Shown here: positions 9,855-16,926 of the stretch, in pieces
Layout: each line of letters starts with the position of its first letter
How positions within the stretch are numbered: the first letter of the stretch is position 1
Source: Crocinitomicaceae bacterium
GTDB taxonomy: Bacteria; Bacteroidota; Bacteroidia; Flavobacteriales_D; Crocinitomicaceae
DNA length: 64,000 bases
Assembly (NCBI GenBank): GCA_029251865.1
Contig: JAQXCN010000030.1
Coordinates: 6,141 to 70,140 of the forward strand
Direction of reading: 5' to 3'
The notes under the pieces: generated by a model
The model's database searches: none
What the model was told of the DNA's origin: nothing
Seen by the model: the letters and a program-made list of their open reading frames with translations, nothing else
Program-made: the position numbers and the translations under genes

Positions 9855-10517
9855 ATGAAAATGTCTTTAATTACATTATTTACGGGTTTAACAATGACCC
9901 TTTTTGCCCAAGTTCCAAATTGGAATCAGTACACATGTGAAGGTGATCAATATAGCATGTATACTGAGTTCTCAAAGGGAAAAGCGGTTGTTCTTCATTT
10001 TTCCAGTCTTTGGTCTGCAGGAAGTATTTTAGGTGCTCAAGACGCAGAGAGTCTATGGCAAAACATGATGTTAGAAAATGTCAAGGTTTTTGGTTTTATT
10101 CACCAAGACCAGGATTTCAATGTGGCAGATTGTGATGATTTGAACCAATGGGAATCCGCTCAAGGGACAAGCTATCCAAGTTTTGTAAACATCGAGAATG
10201 TTCTTAACGAATACGTATCGAAGTATACTTTAAGCGGTGCTACAACACTACCTTGGTTTTTATTGTTCTTCCCGAATGATGAAAACCTGGAGAACAGCAC
10301 ACTCGCTTATAGCGGTCATGATATAAACGCTTTAAATCATATTTTATATGATCAGTGGGTTCAAGGTGCGGTTATAGCCGAGCAAACAATAGTATCGAAA
10401 AAGATTGTGAGAATTTTGGATATGCTCGGTAGAGAAACTGCATTTAAAGCGAATACAATGCAGGTTTACGTTTATTCTGATGGGTCTACGAAAAAGATAT
10501 TTTCTACAGTTGAATAA
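9855..10517 (+). CDS. secreted thioredoxin-fold-like protein with T9SS C-terminal sorting domain
   Basis: Signal peptide ending LFAQ and a TlpA-like segment KAVVLHFSSLWSAGS with no Cys pair. The C-terminal tail KIVRILDMLGRETAFKANTMQVYVYSDGSTKKIF resembles a T9SS CTD. The track start at 9849 is TTG; the first ATG is at 9855. Confidence 0.6.
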   Translation: MKMSLITLFTGLTMTLFAQVPNWNQYTCEGDQYSMYTEFSKGKAVVLHFSSLWSAGSILGAQDAESLWQNMMLENVKVFGFIHQDQDFNVADCDDLNQWESAQGTSYPSFVNIENVLNEYVSKYTLSGATTLPWFLLFFPNDENLENSTLAYSGHDINALNHILYDQWVQGAVIAEQTIVSKKIVRILDMLGRETAFKANTMQVYVYSDGSTKKIFSTVE

Positions 10518-10536
10518 CTGAATGATGATCTCATTC

Positions 10537-10567
10537 AAAAGCCCTGCCCTTTGGTAGGGCTTTTTTT
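10537..10567 (+). terminator. Rho-independent terminator
   Basis: 9-bp stem AGCCCTGCC/GGTAGGGCT (one G-T wobble), loop CTTT, followed by a T7 run. Confidence 0.75.
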
Positions 10568-10661
10568 GTGCTTGAAACGAAATTAATCTAGATTAATGTT
10601 TCTTCCCCATGAATAAGTCACTTTTGGGCATTGAAAATTTAAACACAGTAAAAAAAAGATT

Positions 10662-11324
10662 ATGAAAAAAATATTTTTATCTCTTGCAGTCGTGGGTATA
10701 GTGATGAGCTCATGTACAGATAATGGAAGAAAAGTTGAAGCAAATGAAGCCCAAGCTATCGAAGTTGTAAAATCAGAAGCAACAATTGAGCTTACCTCTG
10801 TAGGTAACGGAAGCCATGTTGACTGGAGAGCATCTCACCTCGGGGGCGCGGCGCCAAGATTTGGAAAAATCAGCCTAAAAAGCGCCACTGTTTTAGTAAA
10901 CGATGGTGAAATGACAAATGCAACATTTGTAATGGACATGGCTGCATTTACGGTAGATAATTTTGGTGATGATAAAAAGTCTCAAGCCGAATTAACAGGA
11001 CATTTACAAAGTCAAGACTTCTTTGAAATTGAAAAATTTCCGACAACAACCTTTGACTTAGCACGTATAAACCCAACGAAAACGGATGGGTTTAATTCAG
11101 AAATTACAGGAAACTTGACAATAAAAGGCGTGACCAAAAGCATTACGTTTAAGGCTAATGTATCTGTGACGGCCGATAAGGTTTCTATTGTATCAGAAGA
11201 TTTTGCTGTTGACAGAACAGACTGGGGTTTATTGTATAACGTAGAAGGGACTGAAGGTGTCCCAGCTGACTACTTAATTGCGAATGATATCGGTTTTACA
11301 ATTGACGTAAATGTTTCTAAATAA
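10662..11324 (+). CDS. YceI family lipoprotein
   Basis: Lipobox (VMSSC) and YceI pattern: VDWRASHLGG...GKISL, GHLQSQDFFEIEKFPTTTF, GNLTIKGVTKSITF. Confidence 0.85.
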   Translation: MKKIFLSLAVVGIVMSSCTDNGRKVEANEAQAIEVVKSEATIELTSVGNGSHVDWRASHLGGAAPRFGKISLKSATVLVNDGEMTNATFVMDMAAFTVDNFGDDKKSQAELTGHLQSQDFFEIEKFPTTTFDLARINPTKTDGFNSEITGNLTIKGVTKSITFKANVSVTADKVSIVSEDFAVDRTDWGLLYNVEGTEGVPADYLIANDIGFTIDVNVSK

Positions 11325-11360
11325 TTCGGCATTGGCATAAATAGACTGTAGTTTTTTGAT

Positions 11361-11398
11361 GAAAACAGCCGTGCCTTAGGGTATGGCTGTTTTCTTTT
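11361..11398 (+). terminator. Rho-independent terminator between convergent genes
   Basis: Perfect 10-bp stem GAAAACAGCC/GGCTGTTTTC with a 14-nt loop, followed by TTTT. The U-tract is clear only on the + strand. Confidence 0.7.
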
Positions 11399-11729
11399 AG
11401 GTATTTAGAAAAATATAGGTATTGAGTAAGAGATAAAATAGAGCAGGAAGAGAAACCCACAAGCTATCCTTTGACTTCACTCTTACGGCCAAACCACAAA
11501 ACATGAGTAGCGCAAGACCCAGCGAAGAGGCACTCCATAAAGGCGTATAAATAAAACCTAGCAGTAGGCCGGTAGCACCAAGAAATTGACAGACGACAAT
11601 TACACGACCTAAATTTTGCATGCCCAATCGCTTCAATTCATCTTTCATCCTGGCGGAGATGAAGTAGTATATTGAGTAAAAAAAGAAAGAAATGCTCGAG
11701 AATAGAATGCAGATTCTAAATATGTCCAT
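11397..11729 (-). CDS. DoxX-like family membrane protein
   Basis: 110 aa, 3-4 TM. Pattern ELKRLGMQNLGRVIVVCQFLGATGLLLG...VRVKSKD. Confidence 0.5.
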   Translation of the reverse strand: MDIFRICILFSSISFFFYSIYYFISARMKDELKRLGMQNLGRVIVVCQFLGATGLLLGFIYTPLWSASSLGLALLMFCGLAVRVKSKDSLWVSLPALFYLLLNTYIFLNT

Positions 11730-11735
11730 TCTAGC

Positions 11736-12074
11736 TTAGTTCATGGCTTCAAATGCGATAAATCCACATAATACCAACAAAATAAGTGAGGGAAGGTGCT
11801 TGATAAAGGTGTTCTTAATTTTGAAGTGAAATCCTTGGGCAGAAACCATAAAGAACCCCATTAGCAATGCTGCAGGCAATAATACTGCCGGGAACCAAAT
11901 CCCTGTTACTAACAAAGTCGCCAATGCAATTTTAGAGACACCAACTAAATTTCTGGTCAAATCACTCAAGCCAAAGGTTTTAAATTCTACGATGACATTG
12001 TGGTATCGGAAAGTCCACACAAAAGCAACTGATAAGGCAACGGCGATTTGAGCCAACATTGATAATTTCTCCAT
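11736..12074 (-). CDS. DoxX-like family membrane protein (tandem paralogue)
   Basis: 112 aa with the same architecture (EFKTFGLSDLTRNLVGVSKIALATLLV...FHFKIKN). Confidence 0.5.
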   Translation of the reverse strand: MEKLSMLAQIAVALSVAFVWTFRYHNVIVEFKTFGLSDLTRNLVGVSKIALATLLVTGIWFPAVLLPAALLMGFFMVSAQGFHFKIKNTFIKHLPSLILLVLCGFIAFEAMN

Positions 12075-12127
12075 TTTAAATTATTTTAAGTTCACTTTGA
12101 GCAGTGAATTGTTTCTAAATGTACAAA

Positions 12128-13096
12128 TTAATCAAGAACTATTTTACCATGAAATCGTGTCTGCTCTGTTTCCAAAACTAAAAAGTAATAGCCCCTTGAA
12201 TACTCCGATAAATCAAGAAGTAATTTATTTGATGGTGCGAAGTGAACTTGTTCAATGAGTAAATCTCCTCTGAAATTATAAACTTTTGAGGTAAAATCTT
12301 TTTTATTTAAAGCTTCAATATTTACTTGAACCTTGCCGTTACTAGGGTTCGGGTAGAGCGTCAGTACAGCCTCCTCATTCGTGTAAATTTGATCGATTGA
12401 TACCAAAGAAGAAAAATTATAAATTTCGTTGATTTCATTTGGCGTCAATGCTTTTTTGAAAAAATAGATGTTATCTAGCGACATGTTTGGTGCACCTATA
12501 ATTAAATCGGCGGAATCAATATTTGCCGAAAAACTTTCTAGATTACCTATATATTCCTCATTAATAAATTCTGCATTTATATATGTTTTGAGAAAACCAT
12601 TTCTATCAATGGTGAGTGCAATATGTGCCCACTCTGATTCGGGAGGACCTCCCATTGACCTGTGTATACCACTACTGTCACTTGTTGGCTTGAAATGAGC
12701 CCTCAATGTACCGTCACCGATCCAGTCTTGATAGCCAATACCATATTGCTCATGAAACAAGTTGGGACTTTCATATTCCGCTTTTTTTTGAACGACGCCA
12801 CACTCGAACCCAAGGTCACCATCCTTTCTAAACCAGAAGCAGAGCGAAAAATCAGAGGTATCCATTCTTGAAAATTCAGGGTTCCCATAAATAAATCTGC
12901 TGTTCAGCTTTACGGCACTATTCGCATTCCCAAGATGATCTTCTATGAAAGTGAAATCGTTATTTGATATTGGTGTCGTGTGACTAATCACCTCATCTAT
13001 GGAACCATCAAAAGGAATGATTGCAGTTGCTGAATCTAAAATTTGCGCGGAGATAGAGAAGGAGAGCAGTGTTATCGAAAGTAAGAGTTTTTTCAT
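12128..13096 (-). CDS. LamG/concanavalin-like domain protein with T9SS C-terminal sorting domain
   Basis: Signal peptide, LamG-like core (DFSLCFWFRKDG...WAHIALTIDRNG) and a CTD (LTLYPNPSNGKVQVNIE...GYYFLVLETEQTRFHGKIVLD). Confidence 0.7.
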   Translation of the reverse strand: MKKLLLSITLLSFSISAQILDSATAIIPFDGSIDEVISHTTPISNNDFTFIEDHLGNANSAVKLNSRFIYGNPEFSRMDTSDFSLCFWFRKDGDLGFECGVVQKKAEYESPNLFHEQYGIGYQDWIGDGTLRAHFKPTSDSSGIHRSMGGPPESEWAHIALTIDRNGFLKTYINAEFINEEYIGNLESFSANIDSADLIIGAPNMSLDNIYFFKKALTPNEINEIYNFSSLVSIDQIYTNEEAVLTLYPNPSNGKVQVNIEALNKKDFTSKVYNFRGDLLIEQVHFAPSNKLLLDLSEYSRGYYFLVLETEQTRFHGKIVLD

Positions 13097-13185
13097 TGTT
13101 TTTCTTTTCGTTCAGTTCTAGCGGTTATAATTTTGACGTAGTTGTTTATAAAAAGATGCTTTTTCAATAAAGTAAATCCCGAAAG

Positions 13186-13339
13186 GTTTGTTAACGTTTA
13201 GGGTAATTGTCTGAAGCTTTTAGACATGTGACGCGCAGCGGAACTTTTCTGTAGCGTAGGACAATGGCAAGTTAGCACAGCGATTTGTTATTTGCAAGGA
13301 AGTCCAAAAAGCTTTTGCAATTACCCCTGTGTTGTAAAC
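13186..13339 (-). repeat. attC-like long imperfect palindrome (element A)
   Basis: On the minus strand: GTTTACAACacaGGGGTAATTG...CAATTACCCtaaACGTTAACAAAC. It has AAC/GTT boxes and a 9-bp inner stem with one unpaired G, and pairing continues into AAGCTTTT/AAAAGCTT. It begins 5 nt after the stop codon at 13345-13347. Confidence 0.45.
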
Positions 13340-13344
13340 TGTTT

Positions 13345-13890
13345 TTAAAAAGCAAATACGATTACCAAAATAATTAGTAGAATAGGAGCAAGTAGTACAA
13401 TTTGGCTAATTATTGTCCAAACGATAAACATCAAATTTTGTAAAAAACTAGAACTATTTGATTTGTCTTTTTTAGTTAGTGAGACAAGTTCATCAAATTC
13501 CATTTCTAGGAATTGGTTCTTAGGTATTTTGAGGTCAATAATTCCTTTGTCTGACAGACCTTTTTTATAACCAAGATAAATGTCTTTTGGATATAGCCAA
13601 ATTCCATACCCCATAGCCCAAAGACTTAATAATCCTAATGGGAAATATTTCCACATTCCTGTTGAAATTTCCCAACCTGAAATAAAGCTTTCCCCTTTCC
13701 ATGATGTGTCACAATTATTTAAAACGTGCTGAAGATCATGTATATGGATAGCATCTCGTCTAAATTTTGGATTTGGCAATTTTAGATTTATTCCAAACAC
13801 TTTGAAATTAAAGGATGTGTCATTAACTCCACCGTCGATTGGTATGTTATTTTCTTTATAAAACTTCTCTAAGTGTTTAGCTAAAGTCAT
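13345..13890 (-). CDS. Coq4-like HDxxH-x11-E motif protein with C-terminal TM anchor
   Basis: HIHDLQHVLNNCDTSWKGE fits the Coq4 zinc-ligand pattern HDxxH-x11-E. There is a C-terminal hydrophobic helix (IISQIVLLAPILLIILVIVFAF). The family call is tentative. Confidence 0.4.
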   Translation of the reverse strand: MTLAKHLEKFYKENNIPIDGGVNDTSFNFKVFGINLKLPNPKFRRDAIHIHDLQHVLNNCDTSWKGESFISGWEISTGMWKYFPLGLLSLWAMGYGIWLYPKDIYLGYKKGLSDKGIIDLKIPKNQFLEMEFDELVSLTKKDKSNSSSFLQNLMFIVWTIISQIVLLAPILLIILVIVFAF

Positions 13891-13900
13891 AAGGTTAATA

Positions 13901-13924
13901 GTTTACAACGTTTGGGCTAACTGC
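13901..13924 (-). repeat. solo half-copy of the palindrome-arm motif (element B)
   Basis: + strand GTTTACAACGTTTGGGCTAACTGC closely resembles the arm of element A, GTTTGTTAACGTTTAGGGTAATTG. I found no partner arm. Confidence 0.4.
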
Positions 13925-13937
13925 GTTTTAATGCAGT

Positions 13938-14825
13938 TTAGGTTTTGTTGGCTGTAGTTTTCTTTTCTTTTTTTTCCCATTGCCAATAAAAGAATGGGAA
14001 TACTGGTATAGGAAATGATTGTTTGGCATCTATATCTGAAAAATATCCATTTATTGCAACAAGCTCAATTCTCAAACTTCTTAAAAAACCAAATCGGTTC
14101 TTGTAAAATGGGGCTATTCTAAATCCATAGTTAAATTGCCTTTTTCTTGGGACATTTTCAAGATAAGTGAAAGTTGAGCCATAAGTATAACCTATATGAT
14201 AGCTAATCCAATTTGATGGCCTGTAGTCTATTCCAATAGAAAAGTTGGGATTCCAGCTGTTCGTAAATGTTTTAGTTTGAAAGTTCAAGGAATCATTTTT
14301 TTGCATAATTAACTCCCCGATGTAATCAACTCCCGCAGACAAGTTAATGTCCAATTTATCTTTTATTCGATAACCAATACTTGGTTTGAAATGAAAATAT
14401 GATCCATTTTCCCACATAGTCAGGGACGGGGTTTCAAACCGTTGAAGAGTATCCCAAAAGTGAACAAACATGGCTTCAATTCCTATAGTGGGCACTAATC
14501 CATTTTGTGTATTAAATCGATACCTAAAATTAATACTTGGAATCGGTTTTTTTAGTTCAGTAAACGCCCCAAAGATCCAGGGTAATAAGTCAATTTGTGC
14601 TGTAAGTTTATCGGTAATCCCTACAAATGCCCAACTTGGAAATGGTAAAGTTTGTATTGATTGAGCATATATCCATTCCCCTTTTTTAAGAGTATATGGC
14701 GTTATACAATCAATAGGATGAAGGTAAGCATCATCTTTTAACGAATTTTTTTTCTGAATTGTATCCGTTTGCCCAATTAAAAATAATGGGAATAAAATTG
14801 ATATTAAAAGTGTTCTTTTATTCAT
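13938..14825 (-). CDS. hypothetical secreted protein, outer-membrane beta-barrel-like
   Basis: Signal peptide (LLISILFPLFLIGQ) and alternating aromatic/hydrophobic strands (FSIGIDYRPSNWISYHIGYTYG). No family was recognised. Confidence 0.45.
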   Translation of the reverse strand: MNKRTLLISILFPLFLIGQTDTIQKKNSLKDDAYLHPIDCITPYTLKKGEWIYAQSIQTLPFPSWAFVGITDKLTAQIDLLPWIFGAFTELKKPIPSINFRYRFNTQNGLVPTIGIEAMFVHFWDTLQRFETPSLTMWENGSYFHFKPSIGYRIKDKLDINLSAGVDYIGELIMQKNDSLNFQTKTFTNSWNPNFSIGIDYRPSNWISYHIGYTYGSTFTYLENVPRKRQFNYGFRIAPFYKNRFGFLRSLRIELVAINGYFSDIDAKQSFPIPVFPFFYWQWEKKEKKTTANKT

Positions 14826-14834
14826 TCTTAATTA

Positions 14835-14967
14835 CCGCTAACGTTAAGTATATGGGCAGTAGCGGATTAACTGCTACTCATTTTTTGAAAGCAAGATACT
14901 TATTAAATACAAAAAGCGGATCAAGTTTGCACCTAAACCGCTATTGCTTATATACCTTGTTAGCCAC
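14835..14967 (-). repeat. attC-like imperfect palindrome (element C)
   Basis: On the minus strand: GTGGCTAACaaggTATATaagcaATAGCGG...CCGCTActgcccATATActtaacGTTAGCGG. It has a 6-bp GCTAAC/GTTAGC outer box and bulged inner stems. It starts 2 nt after the SDR stop codon, and its GTT lies 14 nt before the next ATG. Confidence 0.45.
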
Positions 14968-14969
14968 TT

Positions 14970-15749
14970 TTATTTTTCTTCTTGCATTTTTCTAGTTGTC
15001 TTTAAAATCATTTTCTTAGGGAAGAATGAAACTAGAGACAACTGCATCTTTTGTGATCTTGATGAGACTGAGATTACATCTAGTTTTCCTTGAATCATCG
15101 CATTATATCCATCTTCTGCAACACTTCTAGCTGAAGCTGGGTTACTATAAATTGCTGTCTTATCCACACCTGATGTTTTCGCAAAGCTTGTTTCAGTAGC
15201 GCCTGGCAACAATGCCGTGACTGTGATATCTTTGTCATACAATTCCTCTGCTATTGCATTACTAAAAGATGAAACATACGCCTTTGAAGCAAAATATACG
15301 GCTTGTAATGGGCCTGGTATCAAAGCAGCAGTCGAAGAGGTGTTTAGTATTTTTCCATTATTTCGAGCCACCATGCTTGGTAACAAAAGATAGGTCAACT
15401 CTGTGAGTGCAACCATGTTGAGATTAATCATTTGCATTTGCCGTTCCCATGGAAGTTCATGAAACTTTCCTACCAATCCAAAACCTGCATTATTCATTAA
15501 ATAGTCTACTTGAATACCCAGGGACTCTATATCATTAAATAATTCTTTAGCGGCTCCAGTTTCGCTTAAATCTTTCGCGATTGTGTTGACTTGAATTCCA
15601 TACTTTTTCTCTAACTCGGCTTTCAAATCATTTAGTTTGTCCTGTCCTCTTGCTACTAGAATTAAATTACCCCCTTTTTCTGCGTGAATAGTTGCTAGTT
15701 CTTTTCCTATACCACTGCTTGCTCCTGTTATTAATGCTGTATTTTTCAT
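14970..15749 (-). CDS. SDR family oxidoreductase
   Basis: TGASSGIG cofactor motif and YxxxK (YFASKAY). I prefer the start at the ATG at 15749 (MKNTALITGASSGIG) over the track start at 15830. Confidence 0.9.
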   Translation of the reverse strand: MKNTALITGASSGIGKELATIHAEKGGNLILVARGQDKLNDLKAELEKKYGIQVNTIAKDLSETGAAKELFNDIESLGIQVDYLMNNAGFGLVGKFHELPWERQMQMINLNMVALTELTYLLLPSMVARNNGKILNTSSTAALIPGPLQAVYFASKAYVSSFSNAIAEELYDKDITVTALLPGATETSFAKTSGVDKTAIYSNPASARSVAEDGYNAMIQGKLDVISVSSRSQKMQLSLVSFFPKKMILKTTRKMQEEK

Positions 15750-15844
15750 CGATTCATATTTATTAGATTCAAGACAAATTTCGGTGCTTTTTTGAAGTGT
15801 GAATAGCACTAATAATGGAAGATGTAACACAAATAACAGAAAAT

Positions 15845-15867
15845 GAAAAAAGAAGCTTATAGCTTCC
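15845..15867 (-). terminator. weak Rho-independent terminator after the AraC-family gene
   Basis: On the minus strand, a GAAGCT-ATA-AGCTTC hairpin is followed by TTTTTT. Confidence 0.4.
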
Positions 15868-15873
15868 TTTACA

Positions 15874-16782
15874 TTAATTCATCTGACGATATTCTTGAGG
15901 TGTTTTGCCAGTTTTCTTTTTGAAGATTCGTCCAAAATAATGAGGGTAATTGAATCCCAAAGAATAGGCAATACCACTTATAGAATCTGTTGAACTTACA
16001 AGAAAATTTTTAGCTTTTTCGATTAAAAAATCATTGATGTGTTCTTTCGCTGATCGACCTGTTTCTTTACTTAATAAATCACTAAGATAATTGGATGATA
16101 AGTGGCATCCATTGGCTAAATATTCAATAGTGGGTTGCCCTGATAAAATCAATTCATTCGTTTGATAATAGCTTTTAAGAAGGCATTCAACCTTCGATAC
16201 AATATCTGTGTTTTGAGCAGAACGTGTGTTAAACTGGCGTTCGTAAAACCGGAAGGAGTAACTTAAAATGAGTTCAATGTTTGACACCAATACTTGTTGA
16301 CTGTGACTGTCTATACGCTCTTGAATTTCGTCCTCAATTAAGTTTACAAGATTGTTCAATAAAGATTGTTCTTTCTCTGATAAATGAAGAGCCTCATTTA
16401 CTTCATAATTAAAGAATGTGTAACCGTCAATTTTAGAAGCTAATTTGGTGTTTCTTATCAAGTCAGGATGAAAGTAGATCATCCAACCTTTTATCTCATT
16501 TAACTTTTGGACTTTTGTGACCGTGAATACTTGTTTGGGCGCAGAGAAAAAAAGCACACCTTCGTTAAAGTCATAAGGTTTTCTGCCATAGTCAAGGCCA
16601 CAACTAGCGTCTTTCAAGGCGATACTATATAAGTCTGATGTGATTTTCAGTCCTTGCATTTCTTTTCCAAAAACAATGTCGGCAGTATCGATAACAGCTA
16701 TCAAAGGATGTGTTGGTTTTCCTAAACCTGAGCCTTCAATTAATTGGTTTATAGATTTTATATGTATGATATTCTTATCCAT
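15874..16782 (-). CDS. AraC family transcriptional regulator
   Basis: C-terminal double HTH (IEYLANGCHLSSNYLSDLLSKETG...ISGIAYSLGFNYPHYFGRIFKKKTGKTPQEYR). Confidence 0.9.
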   Translation of the reverse strand: MDKNIIHIKSINQLIEGSGLGKPTHPLIAVIDTADIVFGKEMQGLKITSDLYSIALKDASCGLDYGRKPYDFNEGVLFFSAPKQVFTVTKVQKLNEIKGWMIYFHPDLIRNTKLASKIDGYTFFNYEVNEALHLSEKEQSLLNNLVNLIEDEIQERIDSHSQQVLVSNIELILSYSFRFYERQFNTRSAQNTDIVSKVECLLKSYYQTNELILSGQPTIEYLANGCHLSSNYLSDLLSKETGRSAKEHINDFLIEKAKNFLVSSTDSISGIAYSLGFNYPHYFGRIFKKKTGKTPQEYRQMN

Positions 16783-16860
16783 TATTTATACAAACCTATT
16801 ACTTAGACCCTGGACACATTAACACTAATTCCGGTAAAATTAACACGTATTGCTTCAATT

Positions 16861-16914
16861 GTGGCTAACGTAGGGCTAAAGATACATCTTTATTTTTCCA
16901 TTGTGAAGCCCGTT
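16861..16914 (-). repeat. short attC-like hairpin (element D)
   Basis: On the minus strand: AACGGGCT-(29 nt, including the AAAGAT-GT-ATCTTT hairpin)-AGCCCtaCGTTAGCCAC. The stem has a 2-nt bulge. It shares ACGTTAGC with element C and lies 12 nt after the stop codon at 16927-16929. Confidence 0.3.
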
Positions 16915-16926
16915 CCTTATTGACTT

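Noticed and set aside
13915-13953. Plus-strand mini palindrome GGCTAAC ... GTTGGCT around the OM-barrel-like gene stop codon
   Set aside because: It spans only 39 nt, has 5/7 complementarity, and is oriented opposite to the gene array. That is too short and weak to call.
15160-15168. Perfect DnaA-box word TTATCCACA
   Set aside because: It is a single copy inside the SDR coding sequence. There is no cluster, AT-rich unwinding element or dnaA/dnaN context, so I treat it as a chance occurrence.
15750-15830. N-terminal extensions in the longest-ORF calls (SDR 15830, chrA 23202, icd 32310, hydrolase 29075, dxs 43494, PorZ-like 52146, DUF2079 53612, YqaA 62212)
   Set aside because: The conserved N-terminal motifs begin at internal ATGs. 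Those starts remove gene overlaps or create classic ATGA-type coupling, so the extensions are treated as artefacts.
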